A stretch of 64,000 nucleotides of DNA, from the NCBI RefSeq assembly GCF_009914755.1, contig NC_060928.1, one strand, 5' to 3'. Both the position numbers and the translations under genes were made by a program. This DNA comes from the human T2T-CHM13v2.0 reference genome, Homo sapiens. The notes beneath the pieces were generated by a model. It did not search any database and was not told the origin of the DNA. It saw nothing but the letters and a program-made list of their open reading frames with translations. Each line of letters starts with the position of its first letter. Positions within the stretch are counted from its first letter, which is position 1. Shown in pieces: positions 25,430 to 38,729 of this stretch.

Positions 25430-25653
25430 TTTTTTTTTTGTTGTTTTTTTTTTTGAGACGGAGTCTCGCTCTGTCGCCCAGGCTGGAGTGCAGTGGTGAG
25501 ATCTTGGCTCACTGCAACCTCTGCCTCCTGGGTTCACGCCATTCTCCTGCCTCAGCCTCCTGATTAGCTAGGACTACAGGCGCCTGCCACCACGCCTGGC
25601 TAATTTTTTTGTATTTTTTAGTAGAGACGGGGTTTCACCATGTTAGCCAGGAT
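25430..25653 (-). mobile_element. 5'-truncated AluY
   Basis: gggttcacgccattctcc, gttagccaggat; ends within the left arm. Confidence 0.9.
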
Positions 25654-25744
25654 CACAGGCACTCCAGGTGATTATGATAGGCTGGAACATGAAACCTTCT
25701 GGTGACAATTTTAGAGCAGAGAATACTGTAGAAATGCTTTGGGA

Positions 25745-26420
25745 CAATTAATTCGTTTGTGCATTCATTTAAAAAACTATTTCTCATGTGCCTACCATGG
25801 GCCTAGAACCATTCCAAGCACTGGGCATATTATAATGTACAGGTCAAGTCTAAACCACACTCCCCAGAGTGTGATTGTCTCACTCCATAGGACTCTCCAG
25901 ATGCATCTTCTTGAGCAATTGAAAAAGTAAAGCTTTGTATTCATTTTAAAGGTCCATGGCTATCCTCTTCCCACTCTTTTATGCCGAAATTTTGACTCTA
26001 GCCATTATAAATATACCTTCCTGGTGACTCCATACTTTGTGAATATGTCTTTAGCCTTAGAGTTAGGTCTCTTGGCATTTATTCCTTAGAGTAGAGGTTT
26101 TCTCTCATTTTAGTAAAATGATTTTAAATTAAATTTAAGAAGTACTTACTATGTGCCAGGTGTTATGTTAAATACCTTTCTCTCTGAGAGTTCATAGTTT
26201 ATGTAGGAAAAGATTGATAATAAACTAACTATTAAAACACAGCAGAGGTGTTCTAGAGGCATGTATGTGATATCCTGAGAGGATGGGGAGGGCTCCATCC
26301 TGAAGTCGGTAGTAGAAGACAACTCCTCTATCGAATGAATGTGATTTGAAATAAGACTTCTCTTGAATTGATGAGTTATATTGCTTTGTATAAGAACTGC
26401 AGAATCAAGCCACAAGGTAC
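25745..26420 (-). mobile_element. L2 fragments (25745-25835; 26130-26420)
   Basis: cattcattt...gtgcctaccatgggcctag...ccaagcactggg; tacttactatgtgccaggtg. Confidence 0.55.
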
Positions 26421-27196
26421 CCTATTATTTCACCCTGCAAGACAGGTTCTAAAGTTGGTTTCTGTTGGTTCTTGCTTTATATGGTGTCAGACTCATTGCC
26501 GAGAGGGGAATGGCAGGGAGGGGAAAAGGGAGGTATTGAAAATGAAGTTGTTCGAGGATGATAACATTGAGTCTTGATCCCATGTTTTCTGATCATCCAT
26601 TATTCTCTTGGTTTCCTTTTGCCTCTTTCTTTTATACGTTTAGGATGACTTTTAAGCACCATATATAAAAAGGTTAGGTAATAATGATTCTTATTGATAA
26701 GATGGCATGTTTTCTTCGAATGTGGTTTCTAGTTAAGTGCTAGGTTCCAAGTTTCTCATAAAAAACAGATTTTTGAAGGAGTGTGCTGCATATTTCGTGT
26801 GTAGATAAGAAAGAGCTGGAATAGGCTAGTATCTAAGGAATACATGCATCCTGAAGCAAAGATGTTTCATTCACATGTTTAAACACAATTTTAAGTTACT
26901 GCATCCTACTTCAAAATATATGTTTAAATATAATTTTTTGAAATCACATGGTTGATGTTCAAATTAAGGAAGGTGAAAGAAAAGTTTAATGTTTGATTTA
27001 GTCACTAACGAAAACCAGAGAATTTATGCATCAGAAATATCTTGTGCCACAATATCTGAGTTAGTCGTCGTTTATGAAGATGATACCAGAAAAGGCATGC
27101 TATTAGTATCCATTTAAAAAATCTTAAATAATCACATTTTATTAAAGGAGTCCAAGTCCTTATCATTTTATATTTTAACTACTTATTGCAGTTATA

Positions 27197-29581
27197 TATA
27201 AACTTGTTTATCGCAATTCACAGATATCGTGTTTTGTTACAAATTGAAGGTTTGTGGTAACCTTGCATTGAACAAGTCTGTAGGTGTCATTTTCCCAATA
27301 GCATGTGCTCACTTTGTGTGTCTGTGTCACATTTTGGTAATTCACACAATATTTTGAACTTTTTCATTATTTTTTTATGGTGATCTGTGATCACAGATGT
27401 TTGGTGTTACTGTTGTAATTGTTTTGGGGTAACGTGAGCTGTACCCATATAAGATGGTGGACTTAATAAATGTTGTGTGTGTTCTGAATGCTCCACCAAC
27501 TGGCTGTTCCCTCATCTCTTTCCCTCTCTACAGGCCTCCCTATTCCCTGAGACACAGAAAAATTGAAATTAGGCCAATTAATAACCCTACAGTGGCATCT
27601 GTGTGTTCAAGCAAAAGGAAAAGTCACACATCTCTCACTTTAAATCAAAAGCTAGAAAGGATAAAGCCTAGTGAGGAAGGCATGTCAAAAGCCGAGATAG
27701 GCCAAAAGCTAGGTCTCTTGTACTAAACAATTAGCTAAGTGGTGGATGCAATTAAAGGTTTTTGAAGGAAATTAGAAGTGCTACTTCAGTGAACACATGA
27801 ATGATAAGAAAGCAAAACAGTTTCATTGCTGATATGGAGAAAGTTTGAGTGGTCTGGATAGAAGATCAAACCAGCCACAACATTCCCGTAAGCCAAAGCC
27901 TAATCCAGAGCAAGGCCCTAACTCTTCAACTCTATGAAGGCTGAGGAAGGTGAGAAAGCTGCAGAGGAAAAGTTGGAAGCTAGCAGAGATTGGTTCCTGG
28001 GGTTTAAGGAAAGAAGCCATCTCTATAACATACTATAAAAGTGCAAGGTGAAGCAGCAAGTGCTGATGGAGAAGTTGCAGCAAGTTATCTGCAAGATCTA
28101 CCTAAGATAATTGATAAAGATGGCTGCATTAATCAACAGATTTTCAATGTAGATAAAACAGTCTTCTATTTTAAGAAGACAGGACTTTCACAGCTAGAGA
28201 GGAGTAAAAGCCTGGCTTCAAAGGCTCAAAGAACAGGCTGACTCTCCGGCTGGGGGCTAATGCTGCTGATGATTTTAAGTTGCATGCAGTACCCATTCAC
28301 CATTCTAAAAAATCCTATGGCCCTTCAGAATTGTGCTGTATCTACTCTGCCTGTGCTCTATGAATTGAACAACAAAGCCTGGATTAAGCACATCTATTTA
28401 CAGTATGGTTTACTGAAGATTTTAAGCCCACAACCTGCTGCTCAGAAAAAAAGAAAAGATTCCTTTCAAAGTAATCCTGTTCATTGACAATGCACAAGGT
28501 CACCCAAGGACACTGATAGTGATGTAAAGGAAATTCCTGTTGTTTTAGTGCTTGCTAACACAGCATCCATTCTGCAGCCCACAGATCAAGGAGTAATTCC
28601 AACTTTAAAATATTATCATCTAGGAAATACATTTTGTCAGGCTATAGCTGCCACAGATAGTGACTCCTCAATGGATCTGGGCAAAATAAATAGAAAACCT
28701 CTGGAAAGGATTCACCATTTGAGATGCCATTGAGAACATTCATGATTCACGGGAGGAGGTCAAAATATCAACATTAGCAGGAGCTTGGGAGAAGTTGATT
28801 CCAACCCTCATGGATGACTTTGAGGGGTTCAAGACTTCAGTGGAGATAGTCACTGCAGATGTGGTGAGATAGCAAGAGAGCTAGAATTAGTAGTGGAGCC
28901 TAAGATATGGCTAAATTGCTGCAATCTCATGATAAAACTTGAATAGATGAGCAAAAAATGTGGTTTCTTGAGATGGAATCTATTTCTGGTGAAGATGCTG
29001 TGAACGTTGTTGAAATGACAACAAAGGATTTAGAATATTACATAAACTTAGTTGATAAAGGATTTAGAATATTACATAAACTTAGTTGATAAAGCAGCAG
29101 CAGGGTTTGAGAAGATTGACTCTAATTTTGAAAGAAGTTCTACTGTAGGCAAATTACTATCAAACAGCACCACATGCTGTGGAGAAATCTTTTGTGAGAG
29201 TCAATTGATGAAGCAAACTTTATTGTTACCTTATTTTAAGAAATTGCCACAGCCACTCCAACCTTCAACAACTACTACCCTGATCGGCCATCAGCCTTTA
29301 ATATGGAAGTGAAACTGGCAAAATGATTATGATTCACTGAAGACTCAGATGATAATTGGCTTTTATGTTTTAGCAATAAAGTATTTTAAAATTAAGGTAT
29401 GTACTTTGTTTTTTTCAGGCATAATGCTATTGCACACTTAGTAGGCTACAGTATACAGTATAAACATAACTTTTATATGCACTGGGAAACCAAAATGTTT
29501 GTGTGACCCAAAATATTTGCAATATTCACTTTTTTTGCAGTGGTCTGGAACTTAACCTGCAATATCTCCAAGGTATACTTG
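27197..29581 (+). mobile_element. Full-length Tigger1 (TcMar/pogo) DNA transposon, decayed transposase
   Basis: cacagatat..gttttgttacaaattgaagg start; transposase remnants [62 protein letters not shown]; end gcaatatctccaaggtatacttg; ~2.4 kb. Confidence 0.95.
29023..29094. repeat. Perfect 34-bp tandem duplication in Tigger1
   Basis: aaaggatttagaatattacataaacttagttgat present twice, followed by aaag. Confidence 0.97.
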
Positions 29582-29654
29582 TGTGTTATAAATATATATA
29601 TGTGTGTATATGTCTATACATACATATGTGCATATACAGACACACACATACATA

Positions 29655-29895
29655 TATGCACTAAGTTATCACATATCACAAGTGAACAGCTTGATAAATG
29701 TTTAATACTGAACTCACTCATCTAACCAGCATTTGGATAAAGCCATAGAATATCACCAATACCCTAGAAGCCCTTTTGTGTTCCTTTAAGTCATACCCCT
29801 CCCCGAGGGTAGCCACTGTCCTCTTCCTAATAGCATAGATTAGTTTTACCTGTGTTGTGTTTTGTATATGGAGTCATATGATATGCACTATTTTG
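29655..29895 (-). mobile_element. Old L1M (L1ME/MC-like) 3' fragment
   Basis: aagtgaacagcttgataaat...tagaatatcaccaataccctagaag...catagattagttttacctg. Confidence 0.7.
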
Positions 29896-30149
29896 GTTAT
29901 ATTTTGTTTAATCACTTTGATTTGGATGTATACATTGACTCATGTCAGTCAACATTTGAATAAAACTACGAGAAGCCCTTTTCAAATGTTGAAAACATGT
30001 TTTTTGAGACACATTTAAGATATATATTCCAATTTCTGCTTCTCAAAAGCTCTCAATTCTTTTAGGGCTTTTCTCTAAACTCTAGAGCATCACAGCCAGT
30101 GAGAGCGAAGAGATATGAAAAATAGAATATAAAATATTAATATTTATGT

Positions 30150-30306
30150 TACTTATGTCTTGAAATAATATTTTGGATATATTGAGTTAAATAAGACATA
30201 TTATTAAAATTAATTTTGTCTGTTTCTTTTGACTTTTTAAAATATGGCAACTAGGAAATTAAAGTTACCTTTGAGATTTGCACTGTATTTCTATTAGAAG
30301 CATTGA
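30150..30306. mobile_element. MER33/MER3-like hAT fragment
   Basis: gaaataatattttggatatattgagttaaataa...ttattaaaattaatttt...tatttctattag. Confidence 0.75.
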
Positions 30307-30799
30307 TTTAAAGTGTCAGCAGGACTAAGAGAGACTCAGTGAGTTGAACAGTAAAGATTCCAAGTAACATCCTCTCTATGAGACCATCAAACTTTTTAAT
30401 TTGTCCCTGAGAAAGGGTCTTGCTCTAACTCTTGCACAAAAGGCGATGTGTCTATGGTTCCCAGATTTGGATGAGATGGAGACTCGCTTGCCTTCCTATG
30501 TATTTTGCCACATTTTCAAAACCAAGTTACTTCATAAATGCATCAGTTTAACCACCAGTTTCTGCATATGTCATGTTTGTCCTGACTCCTGTCTAGCTTC
30601 CTGTGGCTCCTATCAGTAGGAAGGGACTCCTTTCTTCTGTCTGAACCATCAGATTGCACCTGTCCCTCACCTCTTCTCTCTGCCCTCTTTTCTAGCTGGA
30701 AAGCTAGAATAGGCACAGATTCCAAAAGACTTAATTTGCAAAATTTGTTGCAGGTCGATGTTTGGTTCTCAGTGTACATTTTCACTTGGAAGCAATGTT

Positions 30800-31271
<472 letters not shown>

Positions 31272-32497
31272 TAGGGGAGGGGAGGGTGGATAACTGCACA
31301 CTGATGATTTATTCATTCTCTGCATAAAAGGAGAAATTGTAATCACTTAAGCATTCAACTTGGGTGAAATAGAGAACTGCTGCTCTGGACATAGAATCCA
31401 TGAAAAGGTTAGGTTAATTATTGTGCTTCCTGTTTATAACATGAAAAAATACATTCTCACTCTCATTCAGCACCTATCACTTACTTAATTAGCATCTATT
31501 TACTTCTAGTCAGTTGTATAAGAGAGTAACACTATCTAAGTTTTTTTTGAGCCATGACTTTCAAATGTACTTGACTTTTTTGCTTTTCACAAATACCCCA
31601 TCTCTCTCTCTCTTTGTGTAACAGTGGTCACCAGCTGGGAAATGGATGAGAAGGCCACATCCTTAAGGCACTAATTTTTGCTCTGAGTTTCTTTTCTTTT
31701 CCTTTTTTTTTTTTCTGAAGGGTTCTACAAAGTACCATACTCTTAGGCTGGTCTTTACTTTGTGTCACTGTGGGCCCTTGACTCTCAAAATCCTTCTCTA
31801 TTTCTGGGAGAAGAAAATCTGGGATTGAAAAAACTGTAGACTTTTCTATCTTTGCAACACCACCTGCATTTCTGAAAGGCTTATTTGCAAACCAGGCAAT
31901 TCCTTCTTGAATACATTTATTTCTTGTAATTTCTTGTCAATCACAATCAATAACAACTAACACACATTACTAAGTTTCTGTTTTCTAACCTGTTCCCCCT
32001 TAGGCCACCAAGTGCATTAAGTACGTGGTCTACTTCCCTGATTACTGCAGGCAACAGTTACCAAAGGTGACAACAGTGATTATCTTTAAAGCTTCTCATA
32101 TCAGTTTTCTACTGCCTGCTGCCTGACCACGAATGTCACCTATTTTAAGTTTTTTTTTAAACATCAGCATTTTACAACTGCATATCCATATCTGTGTCAA
32201 GATAGACAAAATTATAACATTTTGTATTTACTAACCTCAGAGGCTTAACACACAAAGAATTATTTCTTGATTAAACAAAATTCTGTTAGGCAGAACACAG
32301 AATTCTCCAAGAAACCCTCCAAGAAAGCTTTCTTCTTGTGGTGCCATAGGATTGAAATTGCTTCTCTATTCTGGCCCTGGACCTCAACTCATAACCCCCA
32401 CTCCACATCTAAGGAGGAAGAGAAAGCAGGAGGGTCATGTTGCTTAGGAAGTTTCTAAGTTAAGGAGTGACTTACATCCTCTGAGAAAACTGCATAC

Positions 32498-33112
32498 TGT
32501 AGAGTGTTTCTCCATACTCTCTCACAGAACACTTCTGACACCAGATGTGCAAGTTTTTCCCTCACCAACACCAGCTGGGTGTCCCACAGTTCAATTCAAT
32601 TCTGACATTATCTGTCTGGAATTAGTGCAGACCTCACAGCTTAAGGGCTCAGTGCCACAGGACTTTTCCCACTTCAGATGCCAATTGCAAATCCAGGACT
32701 TCTGATTGACTGGCTGTATATTGGGGATTCCCATGACCCCTTCCTTGCTTCAATAGTTTGCTAGAATGGCTCACGAGAACTCAGAGAAACACTCCACTTA
32801 CATTTACTGATTAATTATAAAGGATGTAGAGGGCAAAGTATGGATAGGGCAGTAGAGCTTCCAGGCTGTCTCCAGGATGTGCTACCTCACAGCAATTCCA
32901 CGGGCTTCTTTGGCAGACCAGAAGCCCATCTAATCATGTTATTCAAATTTGTATGGAGTTTAAGCGCATGCCCACCCTTCGCCTTCCTGGAGATTGGGAG
33001 GTGGGACTGAAAGTTCCAACCCTCTAATTACTTGGTCATTCTGGTGATCAGCCGCATTCCAAGGCTATCTAGGGGGCCCCACCCTGAGTCACCTCATTAG
33101 CATAAACTCAGC
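32498..33112 (-). mobile_element. MER21-family LTR (partial)
   Basis: cacttctgacaccagatgtg...ttcaattcaattctgaca...ttaagggctcagt..cacag...ccacttcagatgcca...cacctcattagcataaactca. Confidence 0.8.
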
Positions 33113-33129
33113 ATCCCTACATTTTCCAT

Positions 33130-33612
33130 TTTCCAGAGTTCTGGATGTAATTTAGGTTCATTCAATTAGAGGTACCTGTATGAGGTTTGGAAAATGGAAA
33201 TAAAATGAAACCTCATGAGACCAGACTCATATTTCTGTTTCTTTCGTGGCAAGGAATGGCCATGAAAGTATTTGATTTTTCTGTAGTAACTGTAGTAGAG
33301 GCTCCAGTGCCTTATTCCTGGCTTCATGGCTATTGGGAGGCAGAGGATAGAAGATACATTTTGCTGGAGTGGATTGTGACAAAGGTGGCATGGTTCTGTG
33401 TCCACTATCTAAAGTGATGGTTTCCAATTTCACCTGGAGTCTTCCTGATTTTACAGCATTTTGGTCGTGGCAGAGGTATTGGCTTCCTTGGTGGCCTGGT
33501 TCTGTCATTCCTGGAAGCTTAGCCTTAAGTCTGTCTTTTCAAGTTTCTCATTTACTTGGCAAGCCATTTTATAACTTCTTATAAAATTCCCTTTCTACTT
33601 CAGTTGGCTAGA
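33130..33612 (+). mobile_element. Old ERVL-class LTR fragment (LTR33/LTR16-like)
   Basis: gttctggatgtaatttaggttc...aggtttggaaaatggaa...ataaaattccctttctacttcagttggctaga. Confidence 0.45.
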
Positions 33613-34307
33613 AAATTTGGGCCTAGTTTTCAGAAGATTTTATATGATATGTTGGCATTACCTGAATGTAGATATTGACAGTTCTACAGCCCCACTTCTG
33701 GGTGGCTTTGAAGGAACAGCAGTGAAGGGAAGGCCTCCCAGTGGGTTGTACACACTTGCTCATTTGGCCTGGAAGAAGAGGTATCCTGATTAATGGATGA
33801 GGATTAATGGTTTGACTAGACTCTCAAAGACTTGGAAGGAACACAATTGGTAGCCCAGTGACAAAGCAATCTGGGGAAGAGATATGTGGATGGATCTTTC
33901 CAAGTAGGCAGAACATAAATATATTTGTGTCCTGTATGAATGCTCACCAAAGAGCAGCCTTAGTCAGGATGAACTCAGTAATTGGGTAGACAAGTTTGGT
34001 GAACTTCCCTTTGGTTCTCCCCAGCCACCTTTGTCCTTGCTCAGTGTGCTTATGGATAAAGTGGCCAGAGCAGCAAGGATAGGGGTTAGGTATGTTCTCA
34101 GCAACACAGATTTCCATGCACTAAAGGGAATGCAACTATAGAATAGCAGATTTTCCAGCCTGCCAACAGCAGAGAACAACACCTAGCCTTCAATATGGCA
34201 GAATTATCCAGGGACCAGCTGGCCACTATTGGCAGTTTGATTACACTGGACTACTTCAACTGTGGAAGGAACAGCACTCATTCTCACTTGAATATACACT
34301 TACTCTG

Positions 34308-36673
34308 TGATATGGTTAGGCTTTGTGTCCCCACCCATATCTCATCTTGAATTGTAATCCCCATAATCCCCATGTGTCAAGGGTGGGATCAGGCGGAGGT
34401 AATTGAATCACAGGAGTGGTTTCCCCCATGCTGTCCTCATGAGAGCGAGTTCTCACGAGATTTGATGGTTTTAAAAGCATCTGTAACTTCCCTGGTTGTA
34501 CTTCTCTTTCCCGCCACCTTGTGAAGAAGGTGTTTTGATTTCCCTTTGCCTTCAACCAGGATTGTAAGGTTCCAAAGACCTCCACAGCCATGCTGAAGTG
34601 TTAGTCTATGAAACCTCTTTCCTTTATAAATTACTCAGCCTCAGGAAGTTCTTTATAGCAGTATGAAAATGGACTAATGCAGTAAATTGGTACTAAGGTG
34701 GTGGGGTGCTGTTGTAAAGATACCTGAAAATGTGGAAGCAACTTTGGAAGTGGGTAACAGGCAGAAGTTGGAACAGTTTGGAGGGCTCAGAAGAAGACAT
34801 GAAGATTTGAGAAAGTTTGAAACTTCCTAGAGACTTGTTGATGGTTTTGACAAAAATGCTGATCGTGATAGGGACAATAAAGTCCAGGCTGAGGTGGTCT
34901 CAGAGGGAGATGAGGAGCTCGTTGGGAACTGGAATAAAGGTGACTCTTGCTATGTTTCAGCAGAGGGACTGGCTCATTTTGCCTCTGCCCTAGATCTGTG
35001 GAACTTTGAACTTGAGAGAGATGATTTAGGGTTTCTGGCAGAAGGAATTTCTAAGCAACAAAATGTTCAAGAGTTGAGCTGGGTGCTCTTAAAAGCATTC
35101 AGTTTTATGTTTTCACAAAGATATGGTTTGGAATTGAAACTTATGTTTAAAAGGGAAGCAGAATATAAAAGTTCAAAAAATTTGAAGCCTAATGATGCAA
35201 TAGAAAAGACAAACCCATTTTCGGAGGAGAAATTCAAACTGGCAGCAGAAATTTGCATAAGTTAACCAGGAGCCAAATGTTAATCACCAAGACAATGGGG
35301 AAAATATCTCCATGGCATGTCATAGGTCTTTATGGCAGCCCCTCCCATCAAAGGCCTGGAGGCCTAGGAGGGAAAAATGGTTTCATGGGCCAGGCCCAGG
35401 GCCTTGCAGCTTTGTGTAGTCTCAGGACTTGGTGCCCTGCATCCCAGCTGTGGCTACAAGGGGCCAAGGTACAACTCAGGCCATTGCTTCAGAGGGTGCA
35501 AACCCCAAGCCTTGGCACCTTACACATGGCGTTGGGCCGGTAGGTACATAGAAGTCAATAACTGAGGTTTGGAAACCTCTGCCTAGGTTTCAGAAGATGT
35601 ATGGAAATGCCTGGATGTCCAGGCAGAAGTCTGATGCAGAGGTGGAGCCCTCATGGAGAACTTCTGCTAGGACAGTGCAGAAGGGAAATGTGAGGTAGGA
35701 GCTCCCACATAGACTCCCAACTGGGGCACTGCCTAGTGGAGCTGTGAAAAGAGGACCACCATATTCCAGACCCAAGAATGGTAGATCCACTGACAGCTTG
35801 CACCAAGTGCCTGGAAAAGCCTCAGACACCTCACACCAGCTGTGAAAGCAGAGAATAGGTGGGCTGTACCCTGCAAAGCCAGAGGGGAGGAGCTGCCCAA
35901 GGCCATGGGAGCCCACTTCTTGCATCTGTGTGCCCTGGATATGAGACACGGAGTCAAAAGAGATCATTTTGCAACTTTAAGGTTTAATGACTACCCTATT
36001 GAATTCCAGACTTGGATGGGGCCCGTAGCCCCTTCATCTTGGCCAATTTCTCCCATTTGGAATGGGTGTATTTACCCAATTCCTGTGACCCCCATTGTAT
36101 CTGGGAAGTAACTAATTTGCTTTTGATTTTACAGGCTCATAGGCAGAAGGGACTTACCTTGTTTCAGATCAGACTTTGGACTTAGACTTTTGGGTTAGTA
36201 CTGGAATGAATAAAGACTTTGGGGAACTATTGGGAAGACATGATTGATTTTGAAATGTGAAGGAGACATGAGATTTAGGAGGGGCCATGGGCAGAATGAT
36301 ATGGTTAGGTTTGTGTCTCCACCCAAATCTCATCTTGAATTGTAATTCCCATAATCTCCACATATCAAGGGCAAGACGAGGTAGAGGTAATTGAGTCATG
36401 GGTCAGTTTCCCCTGTGCTCTTCTCATGATAGTGAGTGAGTTCTCATGACATCTGATGGTTTTATAAACATCTGGCTTTTCTCCTGCTTGTGCTCACTCT
36501 GTCCTGCCACCCTGTGAAGAAGGTTCCTGCTTCTCCTTTGCCTTCTGCCATGATTGTAAGTTTCTTGAGACCTCCCTAGCAATGCAGAACTGTGAGCCAA
36601 TTAAACCTCTTTTCTTTATAAATTACCCAGTCTTGGGTATTTCTTCATAGCAGCATGAGAATGGACCAATACA
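34308..36673 (+). mobile_element. Complete THE1D/MSTA-type MaLR provirus (LTR 34308-34681, internal 34682-36296, LTR 36297-36673)
   Basis: tgatatggttagg..LTRs, internal gtaaattggtac; TSD ctctg (34303-34307) / ttctg (36674-36678). Confidence 0.93.
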
Positions 36674-37532
36674 TTCTGGATACAGATTTATCTTTCCTGC
36701 TTCTGCCCAAATCACTCTCTGTGGACTTTCAGAATACCTTATTCATCATCATAGTATTTGATGCAATATTACTTCTGACCACTGGACTCACTTTATTGCC
36801 AATGAAGTGCAGCAATGAGTTCCTGCTCATGCAATTCACTGGCCTTAGAAAATCCCCAATACCCTGAAGCAGTTGGCCAGATAGAATGGTAGAGTGGCCT
36901 TTTGAAGATTCAGTTACAATGCCATTTGGGTGGGAACACCTTATGTGGTTGCTATAAAGCAGCAACTAATCTCTCCATAACCAGGATTTATATATCCAGG
37001 AAATCAAGGAGTGGAAATAAGAGTAGCTCCACTTACTATTAACCCTAGAGTTTTAGTAGTGAAAATTTTGCTTCCCATCTCAGTGACTTTGTATTCCACA
37101 AACATAGAAGACTTAGTTCCCAAAGGAGGAAAATTTCCTCCAGGGGATACACCCATGGTTCCCTTAAACTGGGAGTTGAATTTGCCCTCTGTTCACTTGG
37201 GCCCTCATACCATCAAATGAATAAGCAGTGGTTGAGGGAGGAGGGAGCATTGCTATAATGACTGGAGTGATTGATTCTGGCTTGTTGAGGGTTGCTGCTA
37301 AACAATGCAGCAAGGAGAAATATGTCTGAGCTAAGATGTCTGCTGAGGCAAAAGGAATATGGAATGGATAATGGAAGAAGAAAAGTATAAATATCAGCTA
37401 AGACCATATGACTAGTTGAAATAAAAGCATCATACTATTACGAGTGTTTCTTTCTTATTTTGATATGAACACACACATAAACAAATTCTTTTCTTGCCCT
37501 CCTCCATTTCTCTACCACCTAACCTCATACCT

Positions 37533-37770
37533 CTCTCTTTTTTGGAGACAGGGTCTCACTTTGTTGCCCAGGTTGAAGTGCAGGGGCACAATCATGGCTT
37601 GACCTCCTGGGCTCAAGCGATCCTCCCACCTCAGCCTCCTAAGTAGCTGGGACCACAGGCACATCTCCCTGTGTTGCCCAGGCTGGTCTTGAACCCCTAG
37701 GCTCAAGTGGTCCTTCTGCCTCAGCCTCCTAAGGTGCTGGGATTATGAGAGTGAGCCACTGTGCCTGGCC
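37533..37770 (-). mobile_element. AluJ with internal deletion of the linker region
   Basis: gggctcaagcgatcctcccacc; degenerate TSD taacctcatacct / taaccttgtatct. Confidence 0.88.
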
Positions 37771-38010
37771 TAACCTTGTATCTTACTAGCCAAGTTATGG
37801 AATATCAAAGGGGGAAGTATGATTCAAGTAGAAAAGGAATGAGCATCACCAAAAGACAGATAAAGGGGCTTTGAATATTTTTGATACAAACAGGGTCAGT
37901 GTTTCAGGTTGGAGGAGAGTTTTATGATGTTAGGTAGAAGCATGACATTGTTATTATTTTTATTTGGGTGGTAAGTATAGTTAAAAGAGGGAGGTGGAAA
38001 AGGGGCAGAC

Positions 38011-38596
38011 TGCAATGCCTTTGTTATGTGTCGACTAAGCTGGAACTATGTTTCCCAGAATTTGTTTCCTGTATGGGTTTTGGTAGGATAAAGCTGGGGC
38101 TGGCTACAAAATAAATTTGCAAGGTTTGGAAGGTGGAAGTGCAGTAGCAGATGTTACACTCTGAAGCCTGGTGGAGGGTACAAGGCACCTGCTGCTCCTC
38201 CACACGAGGCAGCCACTGGGCCCACATTCTCCTAGCTCCTGTCAGACCTCATCCTTCAGTTTTTCTGAATCTTAGGTCAGGTGTGTTTACAGTTTCGTGG
38301 TGAAGTGTGCCAGCACTTTCTGCACATCCCCATTGAGATTGGGGAAGTTGAGAGACAGATGCACGTTACAGTTTGTCTTTCTGGGTTCCCCTACTTCACA
38401 CTTACCTTTTCTTTGCTTTCCAGTCCACAGATTTACAACTTGAGGTGGCCTGCACCAGACCCACGGGGCAATAACAGTCTTCCATTGAATTCTTTAGCAG
38501 TTTCTACAATTGCATAAGGTCAGTCACTTTAATAATTCCGTTATTCCATATCATTCACACTGGCATTGCTTTTCTGCTAAAACCTTGACTAAAATA
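38011..38596 (+). mobile_element. ERV-L 3' LTR (MLT2F-like)
   Basis: tgcaatgcctttgttatgtgtcgactaagctggaactatgtttcccagaat...ggtttggaaggtggaagtg..ccttgactaaaata, directly after the purine tract. Confidence 0.7.
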
Positions 38597-38729
38597 AATG
38601 AATTCTGTTTTTTTTGAACCAAACTCTGACCAATATAACTTAAAAGGTAATGGCCTATCTTTCTAGTTCATTTAACAGAGTTAAAAGTTCATTCTGGGCT
38701 TATTCTTCACTACCAAACACATGTTTTCT

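Larger units (their letters stand above)
33660..38010 (+). mobile_element. ERV-L internal remnant (RNase H - integrase - dUTPase - PPT), interrupted by THE1D-type provirus and AluJ
   Basis: Degenerate ERV-L motifs: agtgaagggaaggcctcccagtgg (SGEGKSSQW-like), gaatgctcaccaa (NAHQ), tgccaacagcagaga (CQQQR), attacactggactactt..tacacttactctg|gatac (DYIGPL..DTYSGY-like); ORF 37011-37220 VAPLTI..LLP..LVPKGG..PPGDTPMVPLNWEL (dUTPase); purine tract before the LTR. Confidence 0.85.

Noticed and set aside
27454-29312. Domesticated Tigger transposase (TIGD-like) gene
   Set aside because: Multiple stops and frameshifts; an ordinary decayed Tigger1
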